The notes under the pieces were generated by a model that was given only the letters and a program-made list of their open reading frames with translations, ran no database searches and was not told the origin of the DNA. This document shows positions 52,395-60,500 of a stretch of DNA of 64,000 nucleotides, piece after piece. Location: contig CAZVZU010000003.1 of NCBI GenBank assembly GCA_964631685.1, positions 54,406 to 118,405 of the forward strand, read 5' to 3'. Both the position numbers and the translations under genes were made by a program. The DNA is from an uncultured Actinomycetes bacterium. Lineage in GTDB: Bacteria > SZUA-79 > Acidulodesulfobacterales > Acidulodesulfobacteraceae. Position 1 is the stretch's first letter, and the number at the start of each line of letters is the position of its first letter.

Positions 52395-54137
52395 TTGAAT
52401 TATCTTGATAAATATTACAATAGATATAGATATGAATTTTATCTAATTTTATTGTCCGTATTGGCATTCATCGTACACTTACACCTTGCGTCTACACTGA
52501 ATCTAGGCAATGATGAGGCGCATTATTATGTTTGGTCGTTAATGCCGTCCCTCGGCTATCTTGATGATGCCCCTTTGGTGAGTTATGTTATATATCTTTT
52601 TACGGCTGTTTTTGGAAAAAGTGAGCTCGCCGTGCGGCTAGGTGCTGTTGTTTTTTCGTTCTTGAACGGATTTTTAATATATTATCTGACGTATGTGCTT
52701 TTTAAGAGCAAAAGAGCATCTTTTTTTGCCTTTTTGTTTTATTTATCAGCGGTGATATTTGGCATGGTTCTATCCGTTATGATGCTTCCTGATGCCCCCT
52801 TGTTGTTTTTTTATTTGTGCTTTTTAATTATCTTTCGTAAAACCCTTGAGTATGGAAATAAAAACGGAAATGATGGATTTAAGGTAAAAAATGTACTGCT
52901 ATGGGTACTTACAGGATTGTTTTTGGGTTTTGCGTTTTTGAGTAAATATACGGCTGCCTTAATTCCACCGACCGTTCTTTTATATCTGCTGCTTTCTAAT
53001 AAAAGCAGAGTCGTCTTAAAGACATTTTATCCGTATCTTGCCATTATTGTAGCATTGCTTGTTTTCTCGCCCGTAATATATTGGAATTTTGCTCACAATT
53101 TTATATCTTTTAAATTTCAGCTATCACACGGTTTTTCGAGCCCTAGGCCAGGTGTGATTTTATTTGCACAGGGATGGCTTGGGCAATTTTTGGTGGTTAC
53201 CCCATTGATATATCTATTTTTAATTTGGACATTTATATATTCCTTAAAACTTATTGTGTCAAAAAAGGCATCTAAAATAAATTCTCGAACCCTTTTTAAC
53301 GATACCGAAGGCCTTTTATATTCGGTTTGTTTGTCTCTTCCTATCCTTGCTTTTTTCATTTTGAACGGATACTCTCATAAGACACTTCTTCACTGGCCGG
53401 ATATAGGTTATTTAGCCGCATTTCCGCTTATGGGGTATGTTGCGGATAAAATATCTTTTCCTGAAAATGTTCTAAAGTCTGTGCATATTTATGCCGCAGG
53501 CAAGGTAGCCGGAATATATAAATTTATAGTATATTTCGCTATCTTTTCCGGTTTTTTATTAAGTTTTGTTTTATACAATCAAATATACTATAATTCTATA
53601 CCGGTTGGTAAGATAATAAGATATATAGACAAGGAAAAAAATATTGGACGAGGTGGCATATTCTCCCTCATCCCCTATATCCCTGGAAAGCCTAAAACCG
53701 CTGACATAACAAACGACTTGTTCGGCTGGAGAAGGGGCTCAAAGTACATCGGTATCATTTTTAATGGGTATAAAAAGGCGTATGCTCCACTTTTTATTCT
53801 GACGCACCATTATGCTATAGCCGATGAACTCGTGTATTACGGAAACTATAAGCCTGATTCGGATATATATAATATCGACGGTTTTTTGAACCAGTACGAC
53901 CTGTGGCAAAATTTGCATAAAATAAACGGCGAAAATGCAATTTTTATAATGGATAATAAATATATGATAAATCCCGCAAAGATATATAAGGGGGATTTTA
54001 AGTCTATAAAAAAAATAGGAAGATTATATGTATATAATAAATTTAGGTCGATCAGGATCTATTATCTCTACCTGATGAAAAATTTTAATGCGAAAAAAGC
54101 TATAAAACAGCTGGTTACAGTAAGAAGGATGTATTAA
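52395..54137 (+). CDS. ArnT/PMT-like GT-C glycosyltransferase
   Basis: DEAHY, many TM helices, LSKY, SFKFQ. Confidence 0.85.
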   Translation: MNYLDKYYNRYRYEFYLILLSVLAFIVHLHLASTLNLGNDEAHYYVWSLMPSLGYLDDAPLVSYVIYLFTAVFGKSELAVRLGAVVFSFLNGFLIYYLTYVLFKSKRASFFAFLFYLSAVIFGMVLSVMMLPDAPLLFFYLCFLIIFRKTLEYGNKNGNDGFKVKNVLLWVLTGLFLGFAFLSKYTAALIPPTVLLYLLLSNKSRVVLKTFYPYLAIIVALLVFSPVIYWNFAHNFISFKFQLSHGFSSPRPGVILFAQGWLGQFLVVTPLIYLFLIWTFIYSLKLIVSKKASKINSRTLFNDTEGLLYSVCLSLPILAFFILNGYSHKTLLHWPDIGYLAAFPLMGYVADKISFPENVLKSVHIYAAGKVAGIYKFIVYFAIFSGFLLSFVLYNQIYYNSIPVGKIIRYIDKEKNIGRGGIFSLIPYIPGKPKTADITNDLFGWRRGSKYIGIIFNGYKKAYAPLFILTHHYAIADELVYYGNYKPDSDIYNIDGFLNQYDLWQNLHKINGENAIFIMDNKYMINPAKIYKGDFKSIKKIGRLYVYNKFRSIRIYYLYLMKNFNAKKAIKQLVTVRRMY

Positions 54138-54140
54138 GAT

Positions 54141-54890
54141 ATGAAGATACTTGTTGCTATACCTACATACAACGAAAAGGATAATATCGGAAGAATGATA
54201 GAATCTGTTTTAAGCTTAAATAATAACGCGGCCATAAAGAGTTTAGCCGCGCAAGTGAGTCTTGTCGTGATAGATGACGGCTCTCCTGATGGAACGCAAA
54301 AAATAATAAGTGAATTTATGTGTGGGTCGTTCAAGCACAAGGATAGTCTATTTCTTATTGAGCGAAAAGAAAAATTAGGGCTTGGAACGGCCTATGTGGC
54401 AGCGTTTAAGTTTGCCGTAGATAAATGTTTCGATTATGTTATCACTATGGATTGTGATTTTTCTCATAATCCAGATGAAATTGCCGGGTTTATTGCTCTT
54501 ATGGGCGATAAAAAATGCGGGATGATTGTGGGTTCAAGATATTTGCGTGGTATAAGAATAATAAATTGGAGTATGAAACGGCTCTTGATCTCCTATTTTG
54601 CAAATATGTATGCAAAACTTATAACCGGTGTTAAGATAGACGACTTAACCGGCGGTTATAACATGTATGATATCAATTGCCTTAAAAAGATAAATCTAGA
54701 CGGCATTAGCTCAAGGGGATATGCCTTTCAAATAGAGATGAAATGCAGAGTGAAAAAGACGGGTTGTGATTTTAATGAGTATCCAATAATATTTTACGAA
54801 AGAACCAAGGGTAAATCTAAGATGTCTAACGGTATCATTTTTGAAGCCTTTTTTGTAGCAATAAGGCTCAGGCTTGGGCTTTACAAATAG
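54141..54890 (+). CDS. Polyprenol monophosphomannose synthase-like GT2
   Basis: PTYNE, DDGSPDGT, MDCDFSH, GYAFQIE. Confidence 0.9.
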   Translation: MKILVAIPTYNEKDNIGRMIESVLSLNNNAAIKSLAAQVSLVVIDDGSPDGTQKIISEFMCGSFKHKDSLFLIERKEKLGLGTAYVAAFKFAVDKCFDYVITMDCDFSHNPDEIAGFIALMGDKKCGMIVGSRYLRGIRIINWSMKRLLISYFANMYAKLITGVKIDDLTGGYNMYDINCLKKINLDGISSRGYAFQIEMKCRVKKTGCDFNEYPIIFYERTKGKSKMSNGIIFEAFFVAIRLRLGLYK

Positions 54891-54905
54891 GATCCTTTTT
54901 TCTGT

Positions 54906-54934
54906 TTGAATTTAATTTTACAATATTATATAAT
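54906..54934 (+). promoter_or_regulatory. Sigma70-like promoter of apt
   Basis: TTGAAT-17 bp-TATAAT. Confidence 0.5.
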
Positions 54935-54966
54935 GGCTTAATTTAATAATTTGAGGTAGAAAAACT

Positions 54967-55515
54967 ATGGATAAGTCGGATGTTGTTGATTCAATCGATG
55001 CTTTAAAGGGTTTCGTCAGGGAGATACGAGATTTTCCTAAAAAAGGAATTAATTTTAAGGACATAACACCGCTTCTTGCAAATCCGGAGGCTTTTTCATT
55101 CTCTATTAACAGCCTTGCCGGCAAATATTTAAATGAGAAAGTAGACTATATCGTCTGCATAGAGGCGAGGGGTTTTGTGGTTGGTTCAGCACTAGCTTAT
55201 AAGCTTGGAGCGGGAGTTGTAATCGTGAGAAAGCCGGGAAAGCTTCCGTATAAATGTAGTTCTTTAAGCTATGATTTGGAATATGGGAGTGCAACCCTTG
55301 AAATACATAAGGATGCATTGAGCAAGGGGGATAGGGTAATAATTGCTGACGATGTTTTAGCGACAGGGGGTACCGCTCTTGCCGCAATAGAACTCGTGAA
55401 GGAGTTTAATGCAGAGGTGATAGATACTGCTTTTTTGGCGGAGTTGTCGTTTTTAAACGGCGCTGATAAATTAAAGCCTTATAATATCAACTCATTAATG
55501 AAATTTGATTATTAA
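54967..55515 (+). CDS. apt: Adenine phosphoribosyltransferase
   Basis: FKDITPL, EARGF, LEYG, DDVLATGGT. Confidence 0.96.
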   Translation: MDKSDVVDSIDALKGFVREIRDFPKKGINFKDITPLLANPEAFSFSINSLAGKYLNEKVDYIVCIEARGFVVGSALAYKLGAGVVIVRKPGKLPYKCSSLSYDLEYGSATLEIHKDALSKGDRVIIADDVLATGGTALAAIELVKEFNAEVIDTAFLAELSFLNGADKLKPYNINSLMKFDY

Positions 55516-55583
55516 TTATCATAATAAATGAAGCGAGAATCCGTAATTTTTAAAATCTAAAATAAAGAAATCAAGGGGGGTTT

Positions 55584-55973
55584 ATGAAAAAGGGCTTTAC
55601 GGTTATTTTTATTATTCTTGTTATTGTCTTAGGTTATATCGTTGTTCATGCAATTACTGCTCCGGTTAAATTGTCGCCTGTCCAGTTGGGCGAGCAGCTG
55701 ATTCACTCCCATAAAGCAGGCATAGATTGTTTTGCATGCCATGTGATAAACGGTAAAGGCGGAAGCATTGGACCTGACCTAACAAAGGAAGGTTTGGCTA
55801 AACATTCCACTAAATGGCTCGAGGTTCAGATCACGGCGCCCTCAAAACATTTCAAACCGGGTTCATTTGTTAAGGTTAATGGAAAATCCTACATGGTCAT
55901 TATGCCCGGACATGCAATGCTCTCCAAAAAAGAAGTCTTTGAATTATCGTCATATTTAAATTCGTTAAAATAA
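55584..55973 (+). CDS. Monoheme class I cytochrome c with N-terminal anchor or signal
   Basis: CFACH at 55728-55742, GPDL, distal MP. Confidence 0.9.
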   Translation: MKKGFTVIFIILVIVLGYIVVHAITAPVKLSPVQLGEQLIHSHKAGIDCFACHVINGKGGSIGPDLTKEGLAKHSTKWLEVQITAPSKHFKPGSFVKVNGKSYMVIMPGHAMLSKKEVFELSSYLNSLK

Positions 55974-55981
55974 AACACTTC

Positions 55982-56036
55982 AAAAAGTACCCGTTTTTTC
56001 CAGCAGTTGCCGGAAATAAAGCGGGTACTTTTTCTT
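55982..56036 (+). terminator. Intrinsic terminator
   Basis: AAAAAGTACCCG...CGGGTACTTTTT stem with T tract. Confidence 0.85.
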
Positions 56037-56057
56037 ACTCCATAAAGATGCGCAATA

Positions 56058-56082
56058 ATACTTGACTAATTTAGTCAAGTAT
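56058..56082. promoter_or_regulatory. IscR (Rrf2) type-1-like operator overlapping a -35 hexamer
   Basis: Perfect palindrome ATACTTGACTAA-T-TTAGTCAAGTAT upstream of iscS. Confidence 0.8.
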
Positions 56083-56171
56083 GTTAACTCTATAAGTAGG
56101 CAATGTGATGTGCTGATGATGTTTGGCTAAGTTTTTATATATCATAATAATTATTTATATTGGAGGCAAAA

Positions 56172-57353
56172 TTGAAGACAATAAATTTTGATCATTTTGC
56201 GGCTACAAAGATGAGGCAGGAGGTTAAAGATGCAATGGAGCCGTTTTTTATAAACGAGTACGGTAATCCCCAAAGTGCCCATTTGTTGGGCGATGAGCCG
56301 AGGGAGGCATTGAGCAGGGCAAGGCTTCAGGCGGCAGAACTTTTAAATGCGGCAAGTGGAGAGGTGATATTTACGTCAGGTGGGTCAGAGTCCAATAACT
56401 TTGCCGTAAAAGGCGCGGCTTTTGCGAGAATGGATAAAGGAAAGCATATTATAGTTTCTAAAATAGAACATTTTAGCGTTTTAAACGCTGTGAAGTCGCT
56501 AGTTAGGTTGGGTTTTGAGGTTAGCGAGATTGCCGTTGACAAATACGGGTTGGTTGATCCTGCGGATATAAAAAATGCGCTAAGGAAAGACACTATATTG
56601 GTCAGCATAACGCACGCATCAAATGAAATCGGTACTATTCAAGATATCAAAGAAATTTCCAAGATAGTTCATGAAAACTCTGCGGCGTACATGCACACTG
56701 ATGCAAACACGTCTTGCGGCTTTATTGAAACGGATGTCAAGGAGCTTGGCGTGGATATGCTTTCGGCTGCACCACACAGGTTTTACGGACCAAAGGGCAC
56801 AGGGTTGTTCTATCTTAAAAAAGGAACTCGGGTGATGCCCTTAATAGACGGCGGTATTCAGGAGTTTGGCAGAAGGGGTGGGACGGAAAATGTTCCTGCC
56901 TTTGTCGGTGCAGGCGTTGCATGTGAGCTTGCCAAGAAAGAAATTAAAGATAGAACGGCGCACCTTCTTCCTATTCAAAAAAAGATTATAAACGGGGTCT
57001 TAAACGGAATTGATGAGGTGTATCTAAACGGGCATCCCGAGAAGAGACTACCTAACAATATTAACTTTGTGGTTAAATATATAGAGGGCGAGTCAATGCT
57101 CATGTGGTTGAATAACAATGGGATTTTGACGGCAAGTGGTTCAGCCTGTGCGTCTAAAATTTTAAAATCATCCCATATTCTAAACGCAATAGGCGTTGAA
57201 CCGGCGCTTGCGCAGGGTTCCTTGCTTATCTCATTGGGCGAGGACAACACAATAGAAGACGCTGCTTATTTTGTAAAAGAGCTTCCCCCGATAGTTGACA
57301 AATTAAGGCAGATGTCTCCTCTTTACGAAGAAGTTATGAAAAATAAAGCATAG
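56172..57353 (+). CDS. iscS: IscS/NifS-family protein with PLP lysine replaced by Arg
   Basis: GNP.S.H, FTSGGSES, EHFSV, GTENV, SGSAC; HRFYGPKG instead of HKxYGPKG; TTG 56172 follows GGAGG (track start 56160). Confidence 0.88.
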   Translation: MKTINFDHFAATKMRQEVKDAMEPFFINEYGNPQSAHLLGDEPREALSRARLQAAELLNAASGEVIFTSGGSESNNFAVKGAAFARMDKGKHIIVSKIEHFSVLNAVKSLVRLGFEVSEIAVDKYGLVDPADIKNALRKDTILVSITHASNEIGTIQDIKEISKIVHENSAAYMHTDANTSCGFIETDVKELGVDMLSAAPHRFYGPKGTGLFYLKKGTRVMPLIDGGIQEFGRRGGTENVPAFVGAGVACELAKKEIKDRTAHLLPIQKKIINGVLNGIDEVYLNGHPEKRLPNNINFVVKYIEGESMLMWLNNNGILTASGSACASKILKSSHILNAIGVEPALAQGSLLISLGEDNTIEDAAYFVKELPPIVDKLRQMSPLYEEVMKNKA

Positions 57354-57358
57354 TAAAA

Positions 57359-57383
57359 ATACTTGACTAAATTAGTAATGTAT
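57359..57383. promoter_or_regulatory. Second IscR-like operator and internal promoter
   Basis: ATACTTGACTAAATTAGTAATGTAT; TTGACT-17 bp-TTTAAT. Confidence 0.7.
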
Positions 57384-57434
57384 GGTTTAATCTGGGTAGT
57401 AAACTTTAGATAAAAAATTAGGAGGTAAAATATT

Positions 57435-57881
57435 ATGCCGGTATATTCAGAAAAGGTTATGGATCATTTTCAAAATCCAAGAAATGTTGGAGAGATTGAG
57501 AATGCCGATGGCGTAGGGGAGCTTGGCAATCCTACGTGTGGCGATATAATGAAGATATACATAAAGGTTAAAGACGACAAGATTGATGAAGTGAAGTTTA
57601 AAACTTTCGGTTGCGGAGCTGCTATTGCGACAAGCTCTATGGTAACCGAGCTCATCAAGGGGAAAACGCTGGAGGATGCGGAGAAGATTTCAAACAAGGC
57701 TGTTGCGGAGGCTTTAGACGGGCTTCCACCGGTTAAAATGCACTGCTCTAATCTGGCGGCGGATGCGCTTCATCTTGCTGTTCAGGATTATAGGGCGAGA
57801 AAAGCGGGTAAGGGCCCTATAGGCAGGGTTGAAACTCCGGATCACGATGACGATCCCGCCGACTTACTCGAACACGCGTGA
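57435..57881 (+). CDS. iscU: Fe-S scaffold IscU/NifU-N
   Basis: HFQNPRNVG, CGD, FGCG, LPPVKMHCS. Confidence 0.95.
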   Translation: MPVYSEKVMDHFQNPRNVGEIENADGVGELGNPTCGDIMKIYIKVKDDKIDEVKFKTFGCGAAIATSSMVTELIKGKTLEDAEKISNKAVAEALDGLPPVKMHCSNLAADALHLAVQDYRARKAGKGPIGRVETPDHDDDPADLLEHA

Positions 57882-57885
57882 TGTC

Positions 57886-58110
57886 ATGAAATTTGATTAC
57901 GAGCTCGATACATTTGGTTTGTCATGTCCTCTTCCTATTATAAAGGTGTCGGATGAGTTTAAAAATATACCCGATGGTTGCATATTAAAAGTGATAGCCT
58001 CGGACGGGGGCATTATAGAGGATTTAAAGAGCTACTGCAGAAGAACTGGGCATGAGTTTCTATCCTATGAAGAAATCCTGCCAGAATACGTAGTCTACGT
58101 AAAAAAATAA
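57886..58110 (+). CDS. tusA: Second TusA-family sulfur carrier
   Basis: LDTFGLSCPLP; start moved to ATG 57886. Confidence 0.88.
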   Translation: MKFDYELDTFGLSCPLPIIKVSDEFKNIPDGCILKVIASDGGIIEDLKSYCRRTGHEFLSYEEILPEYVVYVKK

Positions 58111-58120
58111 AAAAAAGATA

Positions 58121-58236
58121 TTGACATTAAATATACAGATATTATAATAATGCTATGTGAACAAGAAAGGGTCAATTTAAATAAAATTACGGCATGAAAA
58201 ATTTTTATTGACAAAAGGTAATTTTAGATATATAAG
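58121..58236 (+). promoter_or_regulatory. Tandem sigma70 promoters upstream of the cyc2-like gene
   Basis: TTGACA-16-TATAAT (58121-58148) and TTGACA-17-TATAAG (58208-58236). Confidence 0.65.
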
Positions 58237-58391
58237 TTTATAAAGGTTTTTTTGTGCGTTAAAACTGACGTAAAACTGAGATTAAAATAAAAAATTTTCG
58301 AGGAGGTGAAAAAAAGTTTTATAACGAAAAGTTTGTAGTTTGTTTCTAGTTCTAATTTCATTAATTTTTAACCTTAAGAGAGAGGAAAGTT

Positions 58392-59795
58392 ATGAAAAAG
58401 AAATTGGTAGTAACTGTGGTTGCGTTATTTGTATTGGCGCTTTCTTTTGCTATGGTGCCGAAGCAAGCAAGCGCAATTCCGGCTTTTGCTCAGAAGTATC
58501 ACTTTTCATGCGCGGTTTGTCACACGCAGTTTCCAAATTTAAACCCGTTCGGTAGGGCATTCTGGAGAAACGGTTTTAGGCTTCCAGGTACAAACGGAAC
58601 GCCTGCAGATGCAACGCAAATCACCGAAGGTTTGTCATTATCCAATCCATGGCCAGTTCCGATCATGATGGAAGGCATCATTATGTACAATCATGTTACA
58701 AACGAAAATATAAGTGCTGCAACCGATGCATTCGGTTTGGACGGCGCAGTAGTTGCTGCGGGAACATTTAAGCTCTATTCCCCGTTTGCTAATTCAATTT
58801 CGTATTACATGCATTGGGACATTGCTCCTGCAATGAATACGGCGCAGATTATGGCCGGCTTTAACGGACTTGGTAGCGGTTTTGGTATCGCGCCTCATCT
58901 ATTTAACCTTAAAATTGGACAGGTAACGACTGCAAGCCCGTATTTCTATAGGCAAGCCCCGTTCTACCTTCCTGCAGGCCCGGTTCAGAACGTACAGGGA
59001 CTTACTGTCGGAAACGATCAAGAAGCAGGAGCGTTGCTTCATGCAAGAAATGCTGGGTTTGATCTTTACGGAACCCCGGGTTATCATTTATGGTATAAGG
59101 TAACGGTCACGAATGACGCAGGTGGCAATACTAATAATCTAATAGACAATACCGTATCTAACGCGATGGAGTATTCTTACCAGATTAGAGAGTTTCTTCC
59201 TGTTTCAGCTGGACAGCTTGAATTTAGTTACTATGGCGCAACGATTGCAGAATCAATGCCTAATAGTGCGGGAACTGCTGCTGGTTACACGAACCGTATC
59301 AGCGTAAACGGTTTTGATGTTGATCTTGCAAACAATGTTTATGAGGTTGGCGCAACATACATGGTTCAAAGTGATAGTAAGCCTTACGGTAATCCATCAC
59401 TTACAGCTACTCCATTTTTAAATGCAGCCGGCGGCACGATCGGCAACACGCATGATAGTAACGGTTATTCAACATTGGAATTATATGCACGTTATTTAAT
59501 GCCTGGCGCTTTGTTTGGTCAAGATGTAATGCTATCAGGCGATTATGCCACGTATTCATGGACACATCAGAATTTACAACAGGCGTTTAATGCTGGTGGT
59601 ACTATCCCGGCTGTTAATGCCAGTAATAATTTATACCAGAGCGGATCATACGCTAGCAACGAAGGTGTTAAAAACGCCCTTGATGCAGAAGTATGGGTTA
59701 ATCTTGCTTTAAATGCGCATCTTTATGTAGGGTATCTGTTCACGAACAAGGCAGAGGATAATATGTTCGGTACGGGTCTCGACTTTGCATTCTAA
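58392..59795 (+). CDS. cyc2: Cyc2-like fused cytochrome c/porin outer-membrane protein
   Basis: Signal peptide ending ASA, IPAFAQKY..CAVCH..FP.LNPFGRAF, beta-strand body, C-terminal Phe. Confidence 0.8.
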   Translation: MKKKLVVTVVALFVLALSFAMVPKQASAIPAFAQKYHFSCAVCHTQFPNLNPFGRAFWRNGFRLPGTNGTPADATQITEGLSLSNPWPVPIMMEGIIMYNHVTNENISAATDAFGLDGAVVAAGTFKLYSPFANSISYYMHWDIAPAMNTAQIMAGFNGLGSGFGIAPHLFNLKIGQVTTASPYFYRQAPFYLPAGPVQNVQGLTVGNDQEAGALLHARNAGFDLYGTPGYHLWYKVTVTNDAGGNTNNLIDNTVSNAMEYSYQIREFLPVSAGQLEFSYYGATIAESMPNSAGTAAGYTNRISVNGFDVDLANNVYEVGATYMVQSDSKPYGNPSLTATPFLNAAGGTIGNTHDSNGYSTLELYARYLMPGALFGQDVMLSGDYATYSWTHQNLQQAFNAGGTIPAVNASNNLYQSGSYASNEGVKNALDAEVWVNLALNAHLYVGYLFTNKAEDNMFGTGLDFAF

Positions 59796-59840
59796 TCCGG
59801 CTTACGCAGGGTTATGTTACGCGCAGTTGCGATAATATTA

Positions 59841-59877
59841 AAACGGAAGGACTTAATAAGTCCTTCCGTTTTTTTTA
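59841..59877 (+). terminator. Intrinsic terminator
   Basis: AAACGGAAGGACTTA-A-TAAGTCCTTCCGTTT plus T tract. Confidence 0.92.
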
Positions 59878-59977
59878 TCTATTCTGCTTGATTATTTTTT
59901 ATAAATGATGTATAAAACAAGTGCGTACGCTATATTATATGAAATGAGAATAAGGTAAAAAGAGGTCAGGAGCAACA

Positions 59978-60256
59978 TTGTTTATGAAAAAGATTGCGGT
60001 TATATTAACAGGAAGGCAGTCTGAGGGGGTTAGAATGGCAGCAGGTCTCAGTCTCTTAGATGACAATGTTGACATTTATCTGATCGATAAAGATTTTAAC
60101 GGGCGGGATTTGCAGATTATAGAAAAACATATTGAGATGGTAAGATCTGTGGGTATCGGGCTCTATTCTAATTTTTTCAAAGAAGGATTTGAATTTATAT
60201 CTAACACTGATTTTGGAAATAAATTTTCGGAATATGATTATATAATTCCATATTAA
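59978..60256 (+). CDS. DsrF/TusC-like small protein
   Basis: KKIAVI...RQSEGVRMAAGL...YDYIIPY; no Cys; start TTG 59978 or ATG 59984. Confidence 0.55.
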   Translation: MFMKKIAVILTGRQSEGVRMAAGLSLLDDNVDIYLIDKDFNGRDLQIIEKHIEMVRSVGIGLYSNFFKEGFEFISNTDFGNKFSEYDYIIPY

Positions 60257-60258
60257 TT

Positions 60259-60438
60259 ATGAAGTTTTTATATCTGCTAAAAAAAGAGGATAGCCTTACG
60301 GGTGCTTTAAAAGATATCATGGATGCGCAGGTTTCAAGCGGAAATGATGTATTAGATATAAGGCTTTACGCAGGAGATATTGATTACGACGAACTGATAA
60401 GCACCATATTTAAATATGATAAAGTTATGTGTTTTTAA
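60259..60438 (+). CDS. DsrH/TusB-like small protein (59 aa, not in ORF track)
   Basis: Translated by hand: MKFLYLLKKEDSLTG...DIDYDELISTIFKYDKVMCF; starts 2 nt after the previous stop. Confidence 0.65.
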   Translation: MKFLYLLKKEDSLTGALKDIMDAQVSSGNDVLDIRLYAGDIDYDELISTIFKYDKVMCF

Positions 60439-60500
60439 GTTGAGTTTTCACGTCCGTGGGAATGATAATAAGATTAAAACAGTAAAGGGGGGCTAAGTCT

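Noticed and set aside
57879..57888. Selenocysteine readthrough or an IscU-TusA fusion at the iscU TGA
   Set aside because: tusA is in a different frame with its own ATG, and IscU is complete before the stop
58340..58555. 71-aa ORF overlapping the cyc2 start
   Set aside because: Alternate frame over the cyc2 signal peptide and heme motif, with no properly spaced RBS
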